From the NCBI GenBank assembly GCA_964057225.1, contig OZ059899.1, positions 15,314,001 to 15,378,000 of the forward strand: DNA of 64,000 bases, written 5' to 3'. Shown one piece after another: positions 55,375 to 64,000 of this stretch (positions are counted from its first letter, which is position 1; each line of letters begins with the position of its first letter). Below the pieces are notes generated by a model. That model saw nothing but the letters and a program-made list of their open reading frames with translations, did no database searches and was not told the DNA's origin. The translations under genes and the position numbers were made by a program. The DNA comes from Auanema rhodensis (Eukaryota; Animalia; Nematoda).

Positions 55375-56266
55375 GTATTTTCTATATGGTTAACCTGAAG
55401 TGACATAACTGATGATAGAAAAACAAAACTCTGGAAAACATGAAAGTGGGTCACAGCTTATTCGATTATCACAGGGAGGACGGAACACGCGGAATACATG
55501 AAGTATAAAAGAGATGATCTATGAATCTCTAAATTTAAATTATAAATAAATATATATAGATATAGATATAATCCCCGAAATAAGTGAATATTTTGAATAA
55601 ATAATAACAGTTATTGACTAATCATGGGAATGACGTATTGCGAAGACTATATAGGTGCAAAGAAAATATTTCGAGCACCCTAGTTTTCCATAAAAAATAA
55701 GAAGAAAGGGGGAAAATAAATAGAAGAAAGGCACAAAACATGAATTTCATAGATTTATACTGGTGGGTGTTGAATGCTTGTTTGGTTGAGAATACTAAAT
55801 CAGACGTTCTAAGGCATCAGAACTGTAACTTATAAGGAAGAAAGAGTTGAGACACAATAGACATTGCTTCGGATTTCAACGCATATTGAGCTCATGATGT
55901 CTGCTTGTACACGTATATTAGTGTCACAGTAAATACGAAATACTCGAAATATCACAAAGTTAAAGTGCCAGAACCAACAAAAAGGAATACGATTCCCATA
56001 ATACTAGCAAGAATAGATTTTGAAATATAATTGAAATAAAGCAAATTCGATGACCAATCGCTGTAGCATAAGAGAAGTTGTACGGAATTTTCCCAAGTGA
56101 AATATATAAGAAGCCTATTACGTATGCTATAATGCTGGACAAGCGAGATATAACTGATGGAAAGTTGAAAAACGGTAATTAAAATGAAAAATTGACATGA
56201 CTTTTCCTATGGCCAGATGTTGTAAAAAGGAAAATATGGCACTGTTGCTTCCAAGTTTGATATTGT

Positions 56267-59200
56267 CTAAGTTGGAATAACTACTCCATACTGCTCAGCT
56301 TTAGCTTTGCTATATTCCTTGAAACGCCATTGCTGATATTTGTTGTTCGCTTCACATGGCTGCATCAACAAACGAGCTCCTTCTTTTGACATTTCCAAGC
56401 ACTTCTGAGAGACACCGTGAACTAAGCGGCCAGTCTGAATCATACAAGTTCTATGTTTCACAGTCAGATCGTGGATAAACCTCATGGTTATAACGCCATT
56501 CCTGATTACCCTTCATTCCATGACATGGGAAAATCATAACATCTTGACCGGCATAATCCACGCACGATTCATCTCGACGAATTTCTCCGTCCTTGGAGAG
56601 CATCCAGTACTGAAATCATTAGGTAAATCTTCTGAACTTTTGATTCAAAAAGCGCGCGCTAAATCCTGAAACTTGATCGAATTCCAATACTGATGATGAC
56701 ACCGGAAACCAGAAGTAACAAACCTGCATTTCTCAAAAATGTGAACTCAAAATCTCTCAACTAATCAAAAAAATTCAGATTTTGATGTTTTGATCAGTTT
56801 ATAGAACTACTTTTCTCGATTGGCACTCATTCTCGTTTGAACGAACTTATCGCGATCGTGACAAAATACTTTTGGACTTTCAAACCTGATTTCCTCCTTG
56901 ATTATGACAATGGAACATGGTGAATCGCTTCTTATCGCGCTGTTGATAATCAAGACATTGACGATTTCCACCTCCAGCATTTCTTAGCTTAAGTTAAGCG
57001 ATAATATGAACCTCAGATTTTTTTCGATGACTTTTCCCTACTGATTTCAAAAAATGGAGTTGGAAAATCAAAAGGTCTGGTCGAAAATTTGGAAATCAAC
57101 ATGTGTTAGATACAGAAAATTGCCAAAACACAAGAAAGTTAAAACAGAAAGTTAGATCCTTCACCTTAGACAGTCACACTTACAAACATTCTCTTGAGAA
57201 GCACATAGAAAACTCATACAGAGAAGTGTAAACCCAACCCTTCACAGTTCATCATTTCAATTATGTTACTCTAGGTATCCGGTGTATCGTAGAATCCGTT
57301 TTCAACATTTCGTCACGAAGCTCTGAAGTCTACCATCAGTTACTGATGCTAGAGCTATCAGAGCAAGCGTGAGCGAACTTGTTGAAATTCACATCAGTAG
57401 TGGCAGAATCATTGGCGTCCAGCTTCAAACCTGGTTTCCACCCTGCTCATGGCAAAGATAAGGTGATAAAGGCTTGCTCTCAGCTTCTTCTCCAACAGAT
57501 CCATCCATACAGTAAGAAGTAGCATGATTTCGTAACTGAAAGGCGCGCGCAATAACATAAGATAAAGCCTACCTGGTTGCCGCCCTGACCATGACAAGGA
57601 TATAATCCGACAGGCTTGTTCTTTTCATGTCTGTTAACCATGCAATCGAGACAACGGTAATTAGACCCTACTGCACCTTGGTTCCGCACCTCAAACAACG
57701 CGCAAAATATGGTTTTAGTAGATGTGGACATGATCATATTCACAAGGAAAAACATGACATAGGTAGGCTAGTAGCACAAGTATGTGTAATCAACAACAAA
57801 GGGTAAATATGTGACAAGTTAAAATTAGCAAAACAGCTTTCGTGATTAACGAAGGCATTGCGAATTAAAATCGAAAAATCTGTTGAAAAGATAAATTTGC
57901 GAGTGAAAAGATGTTCGTAGTGAATTTCAAAACACAGATACTAATGTGATTATTAAGACAGAGAACTGTAAATAGTCGAAACTATTATAAACATGAAAAT
58001 TAGAGCTTATTATCTATTGTATTACAAAGTTTTTTGTGGATTAAATATTTGTAATGATGTAAATGAAGTGAAATCATACTTGTGCCTCTATATAGTTAGT
58101 ATTAAGCTATTGTCAGTAGTAATGTTCAGTATTAGTATCATGCATTGATTAAGAAAATTGAAAACAGTTAGTTAGTTTGCCACAAAATACATGTTAGAGT
58201 GCTGTTAATATTCTACTATCAAACTATGAGCGCGCGGAACCAAATACGGAGGCTTAGACAAGGATACACCTTTGTCAACTCATATGAGATTTTTTAAACA
58301 AAAAAAGTAAAACATTAGCCAAAAAGAAGTTTGTATGAAAAACTCGTTGTCTCTGTTTTGCCGAATTGAACTCGATATAGGCATGCTAACATGTTAACAG
58401 ACAACGAAACAAGAACCAAGTAACCACGGAAATAGAAACTCAAAATTAAAACAACGACTGAGCAACTACCCAATATATCCCGTTATCATACGTTCAGAAC
58501 GTCAACCAGTATTTTCAAAGACAAATGTGTGGTTTGGAATAAGTTGCTGATGTTTATGCAACACCATAAACTGATTTTGTGCAATTTTGGTGTGGCATGC
58601 AAACAAAAAGTGATTCTGAATTGGCGCATGGTAAAAACGACAGGTTGTGCAAAATATAACAGAGGTTTTACATCAAATTTTGACAAGAAAAAGTTCAAAA
58701 GCGCTCATCATTAACATCAAAATGTCATCACAAAAGTGTTTTTAAAATTTCAAATTTTCATAGGACCAGTCAACTCAAATAAGGGTAAGGGTAAAAGCAA
58801 GGGGAAGGTTTTCCAATAATTTATAATATATACGTACCTCGCCCTTAGCAATAGATTCACCAGGAACAAATAATTCTGGGAAAATGTTGTCTAGATACCA
58901 TTTGAAAGATTTGCAGCCGAGATTCTTACGCAAAGCTTTGCGATCACTAACATCTCCGAAATCTCCCTAAATACAGTTTGAATGATAGGAAATAAAGAAG
59001 AAAAAGCTTACAATAGCATTATTGATTCTTTCGTAATAATATTCTTTGTATTCATCAAGCCATACTTCGGCAAGACGAACGGAATTTCTTTTCAAAACAT
59101 TGACTCCGGTTCTGTAATTTGGAATGTTTCCACATTCTTTTGCCAGAATGCTTTTACCTCCATTTGTATGGCGATCGCTTGCGGAAAACGTGGCCAACAT

Positions 59201-61371
59201 GGGAACAGGGAGCGATCTCAAGGGTACCTCCACACATCCAAATTTTGAAAGATAATTCAAGATTTTCGCCTCCCCAAATATCAAATCCTGGATCATAAGT
59301 TCCTAACTTTTCGAAATAGTTTTTGTCGATGGAGAAGAGACCACCAGCCATAGTTGGAGATCTGAAAAGCCAGAATATTACTATGGTCCTCCACACAAAG
59401 CCAAATACCTAACAGGATCAATAGCTCGTGTTCGATTCTTACGATCACGCTCTGGAATGGCATGCCAATTGAATTGCAATCCCCAATCAAATCCTCCAAC
59501 ATTTGTGAAATAAGCCTGAGAATTTAAAATAAGAAAATTAATTTCCTTTCTAAGAGTACCTTAGAATAATGATATTCGAACGTATTATCATCGATGACGT
59601 CAATAACTGGACAGACGACAGTAGTTGGATCGCGTTTAATTCGGTCAAGTAGGGGCTCAATCCATCCTGTAAAAACAAACAAAAAATAAGAGAAATTAGT
59701 TTATCGATTTACTAACCTTCCATACATTCACAATGGGAATCTAAGTATGTTAACACATCGCCTTGTGCAATTTCAGCTCCACGAAGACGAGCTCTGATCA
59801 ATCCTTCACGCTGCTTCATTCTTAGAATACGAACTTTAGGAAATTGAGCCATATAATCTTCGAGAGGTTCTGGAAAATATCAATTTAGTTGATACAAAAT
59901 ATGATTTGAAAATTACTTTTTGTATGTTCCATATCTGAGAAATCGTCGACTAAAATTACTTCCTTCAACAAATGATCAGGAGTTCGTTCGACAACTGAAT
60001 GGACAGTTCGTAATAGAACGGACCAAGCTTCATTATGGAAGCAAACAATCACAGAAGTATTGGGTAAATCTGAGTTGTAAACCTCAGTTCTACATCTGAA
60101 GAGATATAAACATGAATATTATGAAGAAAACTTCGTCGACATACTCTTTATCTATGTTTGTTGGCAATGTTCTATGAACAGAGATTAGATCAGAGGCATA
60201 TTGATTGAAAGCATTATCCAACATTCCTTTATCGAACTTCTTCTTCTCTTCTGGTGATAGTTTCTGGAAAAATCACAAAATTATGAGAAATATGAAATAA
60301 ATTTCTCACGTTCTTATTAATCTTAACAGCTTTTCCTTCTTCTCCTTCTTGGTTTGGATTACCGCGTTTGTAAATTGGAGAATCTGGACCAAATGGAACA
60401 AAGCCTCCTGGCTTTGGAATATTTGGATTCTCATTTCCAGAATCCGCTTTCACAGAATCGTCCGCAATATCGTTATCAACAACTGGCTCAATCGGATCTC
60501 CGATGCCCACAATTACCGGAGGCTGTCTGACAATTGGCTTGTGATGTCGTTCAGGCTTAATTGGCAAGTCATCAACCTGCAAGAAGAAAACGTTCAGCAA
60601 TTTCTATTAATTGGTACAAATTCAAAAACAACTCCATCAATCTTCGCTCTTGCCCCTTCACTCAAAACCTAGACTTTTCCTCTAAATTTCAATTAGGAAA
60701 TGTCAATGGTTTCTGTTTTTCAAAACATATATTAACTACAATTTCAAATAATATCCTTTTACTTTAAGTGAAGTGTTAAAGAATCCCAACATAAGCAGCT
60801 AATAGGTTTTATAATTCGTTGGCTAGACCCAGAGGAACATATACCTCCATCAGATAGACAAGGTTCTCTGGTAATCGGTTCTTCAGACAAACTGTCTATG
60901 AACAAGGTCGTCGTTCCTAGTTGAAGATGTTCTATTCTCTTTACATCCTTTTTGTTATTAACGGATGAAGGTAGGGTAATAAGGAGGAACACTTAAAGCA
61001 AACATAAATGACCAACAATTATATAAATTTCAATTAGAAAGGTATTCAAGTCATTCAAGAGTTTTACGAATAAATAAACTCCGATAATACAATCATGGTG
61101 TTTGCTTTAAAATCAGGCTAAAATAGCACTTGCCGCGTTGTGTTCCTTTAAACATCTGGTCACTTACTTTTACTAAACCGGGGATAAGTAAGTTTTTAAC
61201 CAAAAAAAGTTGAAATACATGAGGAAGTATGTTTGAAACAAGCAAAAAAAGTTGAACGCTCACCTGGGTATAGCTATTATCCGTGGCTGCGAAGTAGATT
61301 AGAGCACAAAACCAAACTATAGGAACAAGAAGAATAATCTTGATGACAAGAGACTTTTTCTTCTTCAACAT
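56267..61371 (-). CDS. gly-5: Polypeptide N-acetylgalactosaminyltransferase (ppGalNAc-T, GT27) with C-terminal ricin-type lectin
   Basis: Type II membrane N-terminus [30 protein letters not shown] (61371-61264); stem exon 60576-60310; catalytic motifs [69 protein letters not shown]; lectin [21 protein letters not shown]...[10 protein letters not shown]; stop at 56267. Closely matches my recollection of C. elegans GLY-5. Confidence 0.93.
56886..56987 (-). CDS. gly-5: gly-5 mutually exclusive lectin exon C (34 aa)
   Basis: cttaag|[34 protein letters not shown]|gtttga; 102 nt, phase 0-0. Confidence 0.85.
57431..57535 (-). CDS. gly-5: gly-5 mutually exclusive lectin exon B (35 aa)
   Basis: tttcag|[35 protein letters not shown]|gtttga; 105 nt, phase 0-0. 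Confidence 0.88.
57573..57689 (-). CDS. gly-5: gly-5 mutually exclusive lectin exon A (39 aa)
   Basis: tttgag|[39 protein letters not shown]|gtaggc; 117 nt, phase 0-0. Confidence 0.88.
58227..58243 (-). promoter_or_regulatory. Putative intronic RNA element complementary to the exon A 3' splice site of gly-5
   Basis: Pre-mRNA UUGGUUCCGCGCGCUCA can pair with UGAG|GUGCGGAACCAA (57693-57678): 16 bp with one G:U pair and one bulged G. Confidence 0.5.
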
Positions 61372-61549
61372 ATTGGAAAAGTAGAAAAATCCTAGTTATA
61401 GACGACTATATTAAGGTGAACCGGTATAGAAACCCAATTAAATTGCGGGTTTTAGTAGTGCTCTTGGAGAGTTATCTTAAGTGAGTAGAACCCGCTTCTC
61501 AACGGATGACGACAGTCTGATGGTATGCCGTCGTTTACACTTCGAGAGT

Positions 61550-61565
61550 CTGTAATAAAATAAAA
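61550..61565 (-). promoter_or_regulatory. Probable trans-splice or 5' UTR acceptor of gly-5
   Basis: Minus strand ttttattttattacag|actc at 61549, with no ATG in the 178 nt before the start codon at 61371. Confidence 0.4.
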
Positions 61566-64000
61566 TTAGATTTTGAAATAAGATTCCTACTTATAAGAAA
61601 TCAGGCCACAGCTAGTGCAAAAGCACCGCCTCCGGCATTGATATGTTCAACAAATAATATATCGCAAACCAAACGATTAATTGGCCGGAACTTGCTACTT
61701 GAATCATATTCACTCGTCATATGAGTCCTCATCACCTCTCATGGAAGTAAAAGATGAGGATATAATTATGACGTAAACGATATATGATTCAGTAATGCAA
61801 AACACATGTGGATATGAGGTTAAAGAACATATTCAATGAAGGATTGAAGACAAATTGAAGAAATTTAAAGATTAAACTAAAAATATTAAAAAACAAAGAA
61901 GAGGGCTATTACAAAGAAAAACTAAATTGGCTATTCGCGCTACTGTTATCGAACTGTCTGCTTACTTTTCTATTTACTTATAGACTGAGAACGATGAATA
62001 AAGAACATAATAAGTGCTTTTTTCATAGGAATTTAGTGAGAGGAAGCGATATAAGAAAGAAGTTTAGAAACAAAACAGATAAAATGAGAAAAAATTTAAA
62101 TATTTTATGGGAAAATGAGGAATTGTTTGATGAAGAGAACATGGAAATGATGTCTACCGGAAAAGGCGGAAGAGAAATGGCGAAAGCCAAAGATTGGACA
62201 GAGGCTCATTTGAAAAGAAAAAAAACGTTATTAGCATTGTTTGCTATTACAGAGTTTAATAGAATGAATTTAACTGAACTATTAGTCGCATGAACATCAA
62301 TAACCACAAATTCCTAATTGTTACTACAGTATCAAAGAAGACAATGTGAACAAGAGAGAGGACTGCTTAGAAGATGAATAAGGAAAGATAGCAAAAAACT
62401 CTTGACTAAACCGAAAATGTTACCGCTGTATAACAAATCAGAGCCAAAAATCGAATAAATGAGAACCGAATTTAGGAAAAGTAAGGTTTGCGAACCTTGG
62501 AAGGTCATAGCTATCTGCCTATGAATGAATATAGACGTCAATTAAAAAACTATTAGGAAATGTTAAATTAGTTGATGCTATAAGAAAGTAGGGAAAAACT
62601 GAAGATGAATTGTTATATAAGTTATAAAAGAAAAAATACATAATATGTGGAATAGTCGTTCAAATAAGAAGATAAAATAGTGATTGAAATAATTGAACTT
62701 ATATATATATATATATGGAAGAACAAATCGATAGACCCACAATATCAAATTCTCAAAGAAAACTGAATAAAAAAGTTGTAAATTTGACATTAGATAATGA
62801 AAAAACAATTGACAACGATTGCAACTTAACTGCCATACTGAAATATTTTAAAGGTGATATAAATGGAGAAAAGAAAATCTAGATCACCTTTCCTCTTACC
62901 CACACTTCACCCGTTGTAGCCTAGTTTTCAATTATCAACAATAAGAAACGGAAAGTGGATGTAAAACATGAAAAAATGAAACATGCTGAAAGAACGGTTA
63001 TGACGTGTTCTTAACGCATTTTCTGTTTGAGTGCAAGAGCATTGAAGGTAAGAAAGGGTGGAGTACAGGGCACAGTGAAGATAAGACACATTCAGTCCGT
63101 TGCAAATATATGTTATCATTTAAACACTCATGTTTGAACGGACTGAATGACTGTGACCTAGCGATAATAAGGCTGATGATCTATTCCTGTTATCGCATCT
63201 CCAATTTCGGAAACAGAGGAAGAACAGCATGAACATTAGAAAGCGACAAATTCAGTTGCGATCAGGTAGGATTCTTCTTCAAGATTAACATTTGCAATGA
63301 TTTATCATATCAAGCACAGTATTTGCTTCAGAATTTATGACAGCTGAAATTCTGAATCAACACTATGACTCGAATGTATATTGATTCATCATCTAGCAAT
63401 CCAAACGTAGTAAAAAAATGTTATCTTGTATAGTAAGCAAGGTAAATCGGGCAGCTTCATATCTTAGACATATCTACATGCCATATAACTGATATAAGAG
63501 AAACATTAAAAATAAGTTATTTCATTTATTGCCCCTAATTGATTATACTGAATAGAAATAAAACGTAAGAATTGACATGACGTGATGGCGAAAAGAATGA
63601 AAAGTTATGAAGATCATTTATAAAACAAATATTGATGAATAATTTAAGTCATTTACCCCTCTCATAGAAGTATACAGTAGCAGTATAGAAATCTACAAAT
63701 AATCAAAAGATGAAACATGAGCCGGCAACATGAGCCCAGTACTATCTATTCACCTGCATCAATAACGACCATATCATTAATAGTTTATATTGTTTTGTAT
63801 ATTTTAACAATGTGGTATCAAAAATATTATGCAAAGAACTCTTGTACTACCATTCGACTAATATTAGAATAAAATATAACCTAATAAAAAAAGGTGAAAG
63901 GTATAAAGAAAAAAAGCGAAAAAAAGAGAAAAAACAGAGTAATCTGCAAATGCACAACGGAACAGCCGATATACCACACGAAAACTGAAAATAACAATGA

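Noticed and set aside
26900-55450. Telomere-addition or DNA-elimination break motifs at the array flanks
   Set aside because: No TTAGGC/GCCTAA repeats and no long palindromic motif shared by both flanks were seen; elimination remains only a hypothesis to test.
60759-60992. 77-aa minus ORF in gly-5 intron 1 as an extra stem exon
   Set aside because: No ATG and no phase-0 acceptor/donor pair in that frame.
61994-62293. 99-aa plus-strand ORF upstream of gly-5
   Set aside because: Purine-rich low-complexity sequence with no recognisable motif or splice support.

Overview
AT-rich eukaryotic DNA, almost certainly from a rhabditid (clade V-like) nematode: mostly 44-60 bp GT-AG introns, TTTCAG acceptors, and clear srh, frl-1 and gly-5 homologues. 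From left to right: (1) the 3' part of a class A peptide-receptor-like GPCR (+, 165-6817). One of its introns contains a complete antisense Srh chemoreceptor gene (3342-4526), whose 3' UTR in turn holds a 96-bp mariner-type MITE. (2) An FMNL/FRL-1 formin (+, probable start 10731, core 20625-26169) with a ~9.8 kb microsatellite-rich first intron. (3) A ~28.2 kb array of ~141 copies of an exactly 200-bp satellite, lying ~60 bp from each of two convergent poly(A) signals. It has one indel in total, layered variant domains, higher-order duplications and a hairpin-rich monomer. (4) The polypeptide GalNAc-transferase gly-5 (-, 56267-61371) with three mutually exclusive ricin-lectin exons. Each of these exons has an intronic complementary element, suggesting RNA-structure-based exon choice. 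All gene models were spliced and translated by eye, and family calls rest on recalled motifs; no database search or folding program was run.
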